A stretch of 24,000 bases of DNA from Candidatus Wolframiiraptor sinensis (GCA_023261815.1 JALNKA010000004.1:22080-46079); one strand, 5' to 3'. Numbered from the stretch's first letter, positions 7,488-15,004 are shown. Notes: generated by a model not told the origin, from the letters alone. Made by a program: numbers and translations.

Positions 7488-8594
7488 GTGCCCTTCACGC
7501 TCGAGACGCGGCTCGGTAGGATAAGAGTCGAGCGGCGGGTCGGATACGGCAGGCTCTACTCGATCTCGATGACGCTTCTCTCGCTGGCCATCGCCCTACT
7601 CGTGGCCGGGCTAATACTCGCCTCGCTGGGCCTAGACCCTGTTGCGGCGTTCCAAGTGATCTTCGGCGTCTTCATGAAGCCATCCCTCCTCCTCGAGAGC
7701 ATCAAGCAGTCAATTCCGATATGCTTGGCGGCACTGGGCCTCAGCATAGCATTCAAGATGAATTTCTGGAATATCGGGGCGGAGGGCCAGCTCTACATGG
7801 GCATGATAGCCTCGACGGGAATAGTTCTACTGCACAGCTACTATGGCCTCTTCAACGAGTGGGCCATTATGCCCCTTATGCTCCTGGCGTCATTCCTGCT
7901 CGGCGGCGCATGGTGCCTTATCGCCGGAGCCCTGAAGGCCAGGCTGGGAGTCAACGAGATACTTCCGACGTTAATGCTCAACTACGTCGCGATGCTGGTG
8001 GTGGAATTCTTGGTTCACGGGCCATGGAGGGATCCGAAGGGATACGGGTTCCCGCTCTCAATACCATTCCCAGATTATGCCAAGCTCAACTTCGTTTTCG
8101 GAGAGCCCGCCTACACGGGCCTGCTACTCTCCGTGCTGGGAGCAGCCGCGGTATTCCTTCTCCTCGAATACACGAAGCCCGGCTTCGAGATAAAGGTGGT
8201 CGGCCAGAGCCCGGCCGTAGCAAGATACGCTGGCATAAGAGTTCGGAGGACGATATTATTGGGCTCATTCCTCTCCGGCGGGCTGGCCGGGATCGGCGGC
8301 CTCTCGATAGTTAGCGGGATAATCGGGAGGCTGAGGCCGGGAGCATCGCCGGGCTACGGGTATACGGCGATAATGGTCGCGGCTCTGGCGGGCTTAAACC
8401 CGTGGGTCGTAATCGTGGCGAGCATCTTTTTCGGCGGCTTATTGACCGCTGGGGGCGCTCTTCAGATGAGCATGGGCATCCCGAGGGCCGCGGCGCAGAT
8501 GATTCAGGCCATAATATTCCTCATGATACTCGTGGGCGAGTTCATCAAGAGGTATAAAATAGTGCTCGAAAAGCCGGGGGTGAGCGGGAGCTGA
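7488..8594 (+). CDS. ABC transporter permease (BMP-type importer, subunit 1)
   Basis: 368 aa, highly hydrophobic with multiple predicted TM segments. It carries NIGAEGQLYMG, typical of the RbsC/BPD_transp_2-like permeases partnered with BMP binding proteins. The GTG start lies 8 nt after the ATPase stop. Confidence 0.88.
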   Translation: MPFTLETRLGRIRVERRVGYGRLYSISMTLLSLAIALLVAGLILASLGLDPVAAFQVIFGVFMKPSLLLESIKQSIPICLAALGLSIAFKMNFWNIGAEGQLYMGMIASTGIVLLHSYYGLFNEWAIMPLMLLASFLLGGAWCLIAGALKARLGVNEILPTLMLNYVAMLVVEFLVHGPWRDPKGYGFPLSIPFPDYAKLNFVFGEPAYTGLLLSVLGAAAVFLLLEYTKPGFEIKVVGQSPAVARYAGIRVRRTILLGSFLSGGLAGIGGLSIVSGIIGRLRPGASPGYGYTAIMVAALAGLNPWVVIVASIFFGGLLTAGGALQMSMGIPRAAAQMIQAIIFLMILVGEFIKRYKIVLEKPGVSGS

Positions 8595-8611
8595 TCGAGT
8601 GGATCGAGTCC

Positions 8612-9565
8612 GTGCTCAGCTTGACAGTCCAAGTTGGAACAGTATACCTCCTCGCATCGCTTGGCGAGATCTACGCCGAGCGCTCCGGGATCCTGAACCT
8701 CGGCCTCGAGGGCATAATGGTCATGGGAGCCGCCATCTCATTCATCTTCACGCTAGCCTATGGCCACCTCGCCGCGATACTCGCCTCCATAATCGTGGGT
8801 ATTCTGATGAGCCTGATACTAGCAGTCATGGCCATCTACATGAGGCTCAACCAGACGGTCACGGGGCTCGCTCTGACGATGTTCGGCCTCGGCCTCAGCG
8901 GCTTCCTAGCATCGCCCGAGATAAGGAGGATAATACTCCTAGCCCTGAACCCATCGCTCCCTGAGAGGCTCCTTGCGATCCAGGAGGCGCCGAAGCTACC
9001 CGAGATACCCGTGCCGGGGCTATCCGAGATACCGGTGATAGGATGCTTCTTCCGCCAGAATGTGCTGGTCTACATCTCCTATATGGCCGCGCCCCTCATG
9101 TGGTTCATCCTCTTCAAGACGAAGCCAGGCCTGAGCCTCAGGTCCGTGGGAGAGAACCCGGCGGCAGCGGACGCGATGGGCATAAACGTCTTCAAGCTGA
9201 GATGCGCTGCGACGATGATAAGCGGCGGCTTTGCGGGCTTGGCCGGAGCATACCTCTTCCTGGGATTCCAGCCGTTCTGGCAGGAGGGATTAACGGCCGG
9301 AAAGGGCTTCATAGCATTATCCCTCGTGATCCTCTCGACCTGGAATCCCCTGAAAGCCATCCTGGGCGCATACCTATTCGGCGGAGTCGAGGTCATCCAG
9401 TATAGGCTTCAGCTCTTCGGGCTCGGAGCCCTAAGCCCATATCTCCTAGCGATGCTCCCATATCTCATCGCGATCGCGGCTCTAATAGCAGTTTCCATCG
9501 AGAGCGTCAGGAAGAGGATAGGAGTTCCAGCATCCCTGGGAATACCCTACTCCCGCGAGGAGTAG
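8612..9565 (+). CDS. ABC transporter permease (BMP-type importer, subunit 2)
   Basis: 317 aa and hydrophobic, with N-terminal SLGEIYAERSGILNLGLEGIM typical of the second permease of this transporter class. The GTG start is approximate. Confidence 0.85.
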   Translation: MLSLTVQVGTVYLLASLGEIYAERSGILNLGLEGIMVMGAAISFIFTLAYGHLAAILASIIVGILMSLILAVMAIYMRLNQTVTGLALTMFGLGLSGFLASPEIRRIILLALNPSLPERLLAIQEAPKLPEIPVPGLSEIPVIGCFFRQNVLVYISYMAAPLMWFILFKTKPGLSLRSVGENPAAADAMGINVFKLRCAATMISGGFAGLAGAYLFLGFQPFWQEGLTAGKGFIALSLVILSTWNPLKAILGAYLFGGVEVIQYRLQLFGLGALSPYLLAMLPYLIAIAALIAVSIESVRKRIGVPASLGIPYSREE

Positions 9566-9569
9566 CCTG

Positions 9570-10007
9570 CTAGCCTTTTCGAGCCTCGGCCTTTAGAACA
9601 GCTTTCGCCGCCTCCTCCAAGAGCTCCCTACCCTTCTCGGTCACGACCCTACCCTTATTGTTGTATTTCTGGGCGAGGCCTGCGGCCTCCAGCTGCTGGA
9701 GAATCTTCCTTATTATCGCGCCGCTGCCCTTCGCGAACTTCGGGGGCTTATGGCCCCTCCTATGCCTGCCGCCATAAAGCTTCCTGAGCTTTGAGACGCC
9801 GAGAGGCCCCCTGAGATACAGCTTCCTCAGCACGGCGGCCGCCCGGACATACCACCAGTCCGGGTCTTGGGGTGGCCTCTCCTTATGCACCCCTGTCTTG
9901 ACGAACATGGCCCATGGAGGAGGCTCGATAACCTTATTCTCCTTAAAGTACGTCGCGACTTTCTGGATGAGCTTCATCGCGTCCACGAGCTGCACGGCCG
10001 ACACCAT
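9570..10007 (-). CDS. rps19e: 30S ribosomal protein S19e
   Basis: 145 aa. PPWAMFVKTGVHKERPPQDPDWWYVRAAAVLRKLYLRGPLGV..LRKLYGGR...GSGAIIRKILQQLE matches the S19e family. Confidence 0.93.
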   Translation of the reverse strand: MVSAVQLVDAMKLIQKVATYFKENKVIEPPPWAMFVKTGVHKERPPQDPDWWYVRAAAVLRKLYLRGPLGVSKLRKLYGGRHRRGHKPPKFAKGSGAIIRKILQQLEAAGLAQKYNNKGRVVTEKGRELLEEAAKAVLKAEARKG

Positions 10008-10037
10008 CCGCGGCTTCTTGAAACCTCATGCTGATTT

Positions 10038-10373
10038 TTAGCCTTTAGCCCTGATTCCCCTCTTTTCCCTGATCGCGGGAATCCTCTTGACGTGGCCGCA
10101 CGCGGCGCATGTGATGACTACGTGCGTGCTTCTCCTGCTCCTAACCCTGACCCTAAAAGAGCCGGGAACATAAAATAGCATCCCGCACTTCCTGCATATC
10201 AGACGCTTATAAGCCGCTGGAAGCCTGATCCTCGCCTTCCTGCATATCCTCAAGATGAGCCTCCCGGCCTCCCTCGCCAGCTCCGGCCTTTCCGCAGCAT
10301 GCCTTTTTGCGAACTCCATGAGCCTCGTGATCCTATCATAAGCTATTCTCCTAACCTCGCCGGAGTGTGTCAA
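10038..10373 (-). CDS. rnp4: RNase P protein component 4 (Rpp21/RNP4, Rpr2 family)
   Basis: 111 aa. An N-terminal helical region (RIAYDRITRLMEFAKR...) is followed by a zinc ribbon, CRKCGMLF...VITCAACGHVKRIP (CxxC...CxxC). It lies directly upstream of S19e on the same strand. Confidence 0.85.
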   Translation of the reverse strand: MTHSGEVRRIAYDRITRLMEFAKRHAAERPELAREAGRLILRICRKARIRLPAAYKRLICRKCGMLFYVPGSFRVRVRSRRSTHVVITCAACGHVKRIPAIREKRGIRAKG

Positions 10374-10446
10374 TTCAGCCCATTAAGCGACTAGGCGATC
10401 CTTAAACATGCCTTCAGCCTAGGGATCTTCGGGGAAGCCTGGGGGA

Positions 10447-11154
10447 TTGGAAAGGCTGATTTTGGTGATCGTGGAAGCGGCCATCGAGCTCGTCCCGGAG
10501 AGCATTCAGGATCACCCATCGATAAGGGCTTATGCCGCGAGAAGGGGCAAGAAGCCCTGGGAAATACTCTTGGACAGAAGCTATCATCACTCGGCGATGA
10601 AGAGGCTCCCGGAGGCCGAGAAGCGGGGCAGGCCCGACATCGCGCACTTCATGCTCCTCGAGGCTCTCGGCTCGCCCCTAAACAAGCTGGGCCTCCTAGA
10701 AGTATATGTCCACACCAGAAGCGGCCACGCGATCTGGGTGAACCCGCGAACCAGGCTGCCGAGGGTCTATGAGCGATTCAAGGGTTTGATAGAGAAGCTG
10801 TACCAGGAGCCCGTCGTTGAGGTTGATGGCGAGATCCTGCTGAAGCTGGAGAAGAAGACGCTGGCCCAGCTCATAGATGAGCTAAACCCCGATCTGAAGA
10901 TCCTCTTATCCGAGAGGGGCGAGTCCATGAGCTGGAGCGATCTCGGCAGGCTTGTGGTCTCCGCTAAAAAGCCCCTCCTAATGATCGGCGGATTCCCCCA
11001 CGGAGACTTCCACGAATCCGTGTACCAGATGGCCGACGAGATCATAAGCATATGGCCGGAGCCCCTGGAGGCCTGGATCATAACCTCCAGAGCAATATCG
11101 ATAATCGAGCATGCTCTGGGGATCGGAGAGCAGAGCACCCAGAGGAAACCATAA
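10447..11154 (+). CDS. nep1: Nep1/Emg1 SPOUT-class rRNA (pseudouridine-N1) methyltransferase
   Basis: 235 aa with RGRPDIAHFMLLEALGSPLNKLGLLEVYVHT...RLPRVYERFKGLIEKLY, the hallmark Nep1 block. The exact start is ambiguous (TTG 10447, or TTG/GTG a few codons downstream). Confidence 0.9.
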   Translation: MERLILVIVEAAIELVPESIQDHPSIRAYAARRGKKPWEILLDRSYHHSAMKRLPEAEKRGRPDIAHFMLLEALGSPLNKLGLLEVYVHTRSGHAIWVNPRTRLPRVYERFKGLIEKLYQEPVVEVDGEILLKLEKKTLAQLIDELNPDLKILLSERGESMSWSDLGRLVVSAKKPLLMIGGFPHGDFHESVYQMADEIISIWPEPLEAWIITSRAISIIEHALGIGEQSTQRKP

Positions 11155-11182
11155 ATAACCACTTTGAGAAGATTAGATTCCG

Positions 11183-11279
11183 GCGGCCGTAGTCTAGTCT
11201 GGTAGGACGCCGGCCTGCCAGTATCTCCATGAGGATAGCAGAGCGCCGGCGGTCCCGGGTTCAAATCCCGGCGGCCGCA
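11183..11279 (+). tRNA. tRNA-Gly (anticodon GCC) with a 23-nt canonical-position intron
   Basis: Acceptor GCGGCCG/CGGCCGC, D arm GTCT-AGTCTGGTA-GGAC, anticodon stem CCGGC/GCCGG, anticodon GCC at 11217..11219, T arm CCGGG-TTCAAAT-CCCGG, discriminator A. The mature length is 74 nt after removal of 11221..11243. Confidence 0.9.
11221..11243 (+). other. tRNA intron (position 37/38) with helix-bulge-helix-bulge-helix splicing motif
   Basis: The central 4-bp helix pairs CTGC (11215..11218) with GCAG (11238..11241). The 3-nt bulges are CAG (11219..11221) and AGC (11242..11244). The inner helix pairs TATC (11222..11225) with GATA (11234..11237). The outer helix is the anticodon stem. Symmetric cleavage after the second bulge nucleotide gives the intron 11221..11243. 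Confidence 0.8.
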
Positions 11280-11341
11280 TCATAACGCTTATCTTTTGCG
11301 CTTAAAGTGAGAAATTGTCAGCGCTAGAGGGCTTGATCAGA

Positions 11342-12772
11342 ATGGTCTTGGAGTTCATGGAGACCGGTATTCCTGGCGCGGAGCGCTTGCTTCGAGGTTT
11401 TCCGAGGGGCAGTTTGATCGTAGTTAGGGGCACTCCGGGGACTGGGAAGACAGTGTTCGGGGGCAACATTCCTTCATGAAGGCGTGGTGAAATACGGTGA
11501 GCCGGGAGTATACGCGTCATTCGGGGAGAATAAGGAGAAGTTTTATGGATTTATGAAGGGCTTCGGGATGGATTTTGAGAAGCTTGAGGGTAAGAGCTTA
11601 TTCAGGTTTCTCTCCCTACCGACCATGCTGGAAGCAGGTATCGGCGGTATATTCGCTGAGATTCTCGAGACCGTTGACGCGATAAGTGCTAGGAGGCTCG
11701 TGATAGACCCCTTCACAGCGCTGAGCCAGGGGTTCAAGAGTGAAGCCGAGGCCAGAGTATTTCTACCTCTCTTATTACTCTCTTATATCTAATATCGTGA
11801 GCCGGCTCGGATGCACCACAATTCTCATCAAAGAGGAGCTGGAGTCTGAGGGAGGATACAGCTTCGAGGACTACGTGGCTGATGCTCTGATATGTTTGAA
11901 GACCGCGAGATTCGAGGACAAGCTTCTCAGAGAGGTTACATTCGTCAAGACTAGGGGCTCTGAGATAAGGTCTCCAAATGTATGCGCAACCCTTCATCAG
12001 GGTTTTAAACTGCTTCCGCGTCAGAGAGTGCCCAAGCCTCCCATAAGCCCGAGATTTGAGCCGCCTCAGGACCCACCTGGAGCATACACGACGGGCATAG
12101 CCGAGCTGGATAACGAGATCGGGGGCTACCCGCATGACTCGATTATATTGTGGGAGATTAGCCCTTAACGTAACTTTCCATGAGTATTCCCTCGTACTCG
12201 CGCCGGCGCTCGCATCATTTCTCGCGAAGAATAGGCCATACGTCCTCCTGCCATCAATAGGCATCACGTGGAGGAATATACGAGATCTCTATGTCAAGTA
12301 CTATGGAATATCAGAGAGCAAGCTCGGCGAGCTTATGAGAATACTCGTAATGGGGCCTATTGAGATCGAGCCGCCATCATACGTAAAACTGCTGAGTGGG
12401 CAGAGCTGCCAAGAGACATTCAAGGAGTTTAAAGAGATCGTGCACCTTCTAGCCGAGGAGAAGGGACGCCATATAGCCCGCCTACTTAGAGCGGATACAC
12501 TGATAGCGATGTTTGGAGAAGAAGTCTTCAGGTTCTTCGAGATATGGACAAGCTGCTTCAAGGAGACGGGCGGGCTGGCGATGTTGATAGCGAAGCCAGT
12601 TCATCCACACCTGATCAAGATGTTATCTCCGATGGTTGACATGCACTTCAAGATCACGAAGAAGCATGGTTGCATTATGTTATATGGTAAGAAGCCCGAG
12701 ACGCCGCTTTATGCGGTGCAGCCCGACCCGGAGAAGAGCGCGCTGACCCCGAAGATAATGCCGGTAGTCTGA
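11342..12772 (+). pseudogene. Two-domain KaiC/RecA-superfamily ATPase gene interrupted by three +1 frame changes (pseudogene or sequence errors)
   Basis: Four consecutive reading-frame segments together encode one KaiC-like protein. (a) 11342..11479: MVLEFMETGIPGAERLLRGFPRGSLIVVRGTPGTGKTVFG (Walker A). (b) Open from 11424, stop at 11792: ATFLHEGVVKYGEPGVYASFGENKEKF...RRLVIDPFTALS (Walker B-like). (c) Open from 11725, stop at 12168: LISNIVSRLGCTTILIKEE...YTTGIAELDNEIGGYPHDSIILWEISP (start of domain 2). (d) To 12772: LNVTFHEYSLVLAP...MLYGKKPE. Domain 2 lacks a Walker A. Each junction moves the frame by +1. Alternative TTG starts lie at 11315 and 11333. Confidence 0.75.
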
Positions 12773-12861
12773 GCATGATAGCCTCTGAAGGGTCGCCTGA
12801 GAAAGCTATATGAGATGGCGGCTAACAGGTTGTCCGCCATAAAGCTGGAGGCTAGAGCATC

Positions 12862-13074
12862 ATGTCCCAGAGAATTTGCAGTTTCGAGAGAAATCTCAAG
12901 AACTGCCCCTGCACTTGGGAGCCTTGTAGCAGGAAGGGCATCTGCTGCGAGTGCCTGAGATATCACTGGAGCCACCGCGAGCTTCCTGCATGCTTCTTCC
13001 CGCCCGAGATCGAGAGGACCTACGACAGATCCCTGAATAGGTTCATCGAGTATTGGGGCAAGAAGGTCAAGTAG
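12862..13074 (+). CDS. Small Cys-rich conserved hypothetical protein (resembles DUF6485-type proteins from memory)
   Basis: 70 aa with ordered cysteines: C6, NCPCTWEPCSRKGICCEC, ELPACFFPPEIERTYDRS. The block CxCTxEPCxRKGxCCECxxYH...ELPxCFFP...E.TYDRS matches a small protein family I recall from anaerobic bacteria and archaea. ATG start. It is convergent with nadE. Confidence 0.6.
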   Translation: MSQRICSFERNLKNCPCTWEPCSRKGICCECLRYHWSHRELPACFFPPEIERTYDRSLNRFIEYWGKKVK

Positions 13075-13094
13075 CGCTTGGAAGGAGCGCGATT

Positions 13095-13919
13095 TCACCT
13101 TATTTTTGGCATAGGCGGCAGCCCCCTCTTATGCTCATTCGCCCTAACCCTCGCAACTATCATGTTTATCTTCTCCCTGCTTATCCCCGTCATCCTCTCG
13201 ACCTCGCCCAATGGCAGCCCCCGCTCGAAGTGCAGGTATAGCACCTGATCTATCTCATCATATCTCGCTCCGAGCTCTTCCTCGGCGAGCTGGCCCGGCA
13301 AGAGCCTCGGGCTACTCGGCTTCTCCGCGATCCTCGATGGCAGGCCAAGCGCCCTCGCAAGCCTTCTAACCTGAGTCTTATAGATGTCTCCGAGCGGGAG
13401 GATGTCTGCTGCGCCGTCGCCGTATTTCGTGAAGTATCCCAGCATTATTTCGCTCTTATCGCTCGAGCCGCAGACGAGGAGCCTCTTCAGGTTCGCGTAG
13501 TAGTAGAGGATCACCATCCTTATCCTGGCTCTGAGATTCGCGTTAGCGGTGTCGGCGCCCTGGCTATAGAAGCTCATCGCGTGGGAGAAGCAGTCATAGA
13601 CGCCATCTATCGGAGTGATGTGGTACTCTATCCCGAGCATCTCCGCGAGCATCTTGGCATCCTCCACGTCCTCCGCGGGCGTAACCCTGGTATCCGGCAT
13701 TATGAGGCCGTGAACCCTGCTGGGCCCGAGAGCCCTGACCGAGAGAGCGCACGCAACCGATGAGTCGAGCCCGCCGCTCAAGCCAATTACGACGCCGCCC
13801 ATGCCCGAACCCCTAACATAAGACCTAAGAAACCCCACTATCCTCTCAACCGCATCCTCGACATCGAGCGGTATGGACAAGCCGTAAACCCCCCGGAGAA
13901 AACCTAAAACCCTCCTCAA
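13095..13919 (-). CDS. nadE: NH3-dependent NAD+ synthetase
   Basis: 274 aa with the PP-loop VIGLSGGLDSSV (SGGxDS), plus GSSDKSEIMLGYFTKYGDG and the length typical of NadE. The start is uncertain. TTG 13919 lies only 16 nt from the divergent tRNA-Gly, and an in-frame TTG at 13880 is an alternative. Confidence 0.88.
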   Translation of the reverse strand: MRRVLGFLRGVYGLSIPLDVEDAVERIVGFLRSYVRGSGMGGVVIGLSGGLDSSVACALSVRALGPSRVHGLIMPDTRVTPAEDVEDAKMLAEMLGIEYHITPIDGVYDCFSHAMSFYSQGADTANANLRARIRMVILYYYANLKRLLVCGSSDKSEIMLGYFTKYGDGAADILPLGDIYKTQVRRLARALGLPSRIAEKPSSPRLLPGQLAEEELGARYDEIDQVLYLHFERGLPLGEVERMTGISREKINMIVARVRANEHKRGLPPMPKIR

Positions 13920-13935
13920 AACAATATCGGAGCAG

Positions 13936-14009
13936 GCGGCCGTCGTCTAGCCTGGAAGGACGCTGGCCTTCCGAGCCAGCGGTCCCGGGTTCAAATCCCG
14001 GCGGCCGCA
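13936..14009 (+). tRNA. tRNA-Gly (anticodon TCC)
   Basis: 74-nt cloverleaf. Acceptor GCGGCCG/CGGCCGC, D arm GTCT-AGCCTGGAA-GGAC, anticodon arm CTGGC-CTTCCGA-GCCAG, variable CGGTC, T arm CCGGG-TTCAAAT-CCCGG, discriminator A. Confidence 0.93.
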
Positions 14010-14010
14010 C

Positions 14011-14015
14011 TTTTT
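14011..14015 (+). terminator. Oligo-T tract immediately after tRNA-Gly(TCC)
   Basis: TTTTT begins 2 nt after the tRNA 3' end. Archaeal RNA polymerase terminates at oligo-T stretches. Confidence 0.45.
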
Positions 14016-14090
14016 AAACTTGAAGAATTGAAGTATGGCTGCTCAAAAACCTTATAAAACTTTTTCGGCAATATAGCCTGGTGCTTCTTC

Positions 14091-14990
14091 ATGATGTTTG
14101 AGGAATTTCTGGATTTGATAGAGCGTCTCAGAAAATTAGTGAGCGACTATAGAGTTGATCTGGAGAAGAGCGAGGCGCTAACGCGCTACTGTCTGGTTGA
14201 TCCATTTCTCAGGGCTTGGGGCTGGAATCCGGAGAATCCTTCTCATGTTAGGCCTGAATTCGCAACAGAGGCGGGCAGGCCGGATTACGCGCTCCTCATC
14301 GATAACAAGCCCGTAATTTATGTCGGCGTCAAGGCCTTGGGAAAGCAGGAGAAGATCGAGCAGTACATCAACTACTGCATAACCACCGGCGTGCCGTACC
14401 TCATCACGACGGATGACGTGAAGTGGGAGGTCTACGACACGCACATCCCTAAACCCCTCCCCGAGAAGAAAATAACCGAGTGGGACATAATTAATGATGA
14501 TCCCGCTGAAATTATCAGAAAGGCATTTGTGATCTGGAGGCACAATAGGCGAATGCTAGAAGCAGCTGTTCCATTAACTCTGCAGCATAGCAGAATGATT
14601 GCGGAGGGAATTAAGGCAGAAGGGGTGCCGCTGGTGAATGTGAAGGTTGAGCCTGGGAGAAAGCCCCCATACACAAAGTTGATCTTCCCAGATAACAGGT
14701 CATATGATATCAGGCATTGGAGGGATGTTTTTGTGGCCGCGGCCGCATGGCTCATAGATTCTGGGAAAATTTCTAAGCGAGATATGCCCATAAAGCCCGA
14801 GCGAGGTAGAGTTAGACGCATGGTGAATGATAAGCCGGTGCATGAAGATGGCTCCAAATTTAGAGATCCTAAAAGAGTCGGGGAGTATTATGTGGAGACA
14901 AATATAAGCAGTGAGCGCGCGATCAAATGGGCGATCATGCTACTTGATAAATTCGGGGTGGACTCTTCTAAAGTCCTTCTTAAAGCCTGA
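14091..14990 (+). CDS. Hypothetical protein with N-terminal HsdR_N-like PD-(D/E)xK nuclease-fold domain and unknown C-terminal domain
   Basis: 299 aa. Residues ~27-85, SEALTRYCLVDPFLRAWGWNPENPSHVRPEFATEAGRPDYALLIDNKPVIYVGVKALGK, match the type I restriction enzyme R-subunit N-terminal domain pattern (sEa.tR..lIdPfL..LGW....E.....g.rpDYvL...pv.viEaK). However, the ExK glutamate is Gly (GVK, codon 14325..14327). The C-terminal ~130 aa has no motif I recognise. GC is lower than in the neighbouring genes. Confidence 0.6.
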   Translation: MMFEEFLDLIERLRKLVSDYRVDLEKSEALTRYCLVDPFLRAWGWNPENPSHVRPEFATEAGRPDYALLIDNKPVIYVGVKALGKQEKIEQYINYCITTGVPYLITTDDVKWEVYDTHIPKPLPEKKITEWDIINDDPAEIIRKAFVIWRHNRRMLEAAVPLTLQHSRMIAEGIKAEGVPLVNVKVEPGRKPPYTKLIFPDNRSYDIRHWRDVFVAAAAWLIDSGKISKRDMPIKPERGRVRRMVNDKPVHEDGSKFRDPKRVGEYYVETNISSERAIKWAIMLLDKFGVDSSKVLLKA

Positions 14991-15004
14991 GCTCGGCAAT
15001 AGAC

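Noticed and set aside
11459-12169. Programmed +1 ribosomal frameshifting as the explanation for the KaiC-like gene structure.
   Set aside because: Only the G5 site offers clean codon re-pairing. Three recoding events in one gene would be unprecedented, and the low GC plus degenerate second domain fit decay. I kept it as a minor alternative inside the finding.
11302-12267. Minus-strand ORFs 11302..11520 and 11734..12267 opposite the KaiC-like locus.
   Set aside because: The plus strand encodes clear KaiC/RecA motifs across the same bases, and the antisense products are featureless.
12815-12840. Hairpin ATGGCGG-N12-CCGCCAT between the KaiC-like gene and the Cys-rich ORF.
   Set aside because: It has only a 7-bp stem, no following oligo-T and no second copy. 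That is insufficient to call a terminator or riboswitch.
12709-13098. 129-aa minus-strand ORF covering the small Cys-rich gene.
   Set aside because: The plus-strand 70-aa ORF has an ordered Cys pattern and a conserved-looking tail, and the antisense ORF has none. Only one is likely real.
11249-14009. 31-nt perfect direct repeat (11249..11279 and 13979..14009) that could be read as attL/attR of an integrated element spanning 2.7 kb.
   Set aside because: Both copies are the 3' thirds of two complete, functional-looking tRNA-Gly isoacceptors, which also share the 5' acceptor strand. The bracketed segment includes housekeeping nadE at native GC and no integrase.
14739-14747. 9-nt match (GCGGCCGCA) to the tRNA-Gly 3' end inside the HsdR_N-like ORF, a possible att remnant.
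   Set aside because: It is too short and GC-rich, it encodes an Ala run (VAAAAW), and it is not at an ORF or composition boundary. Chance is an adequate explanation.
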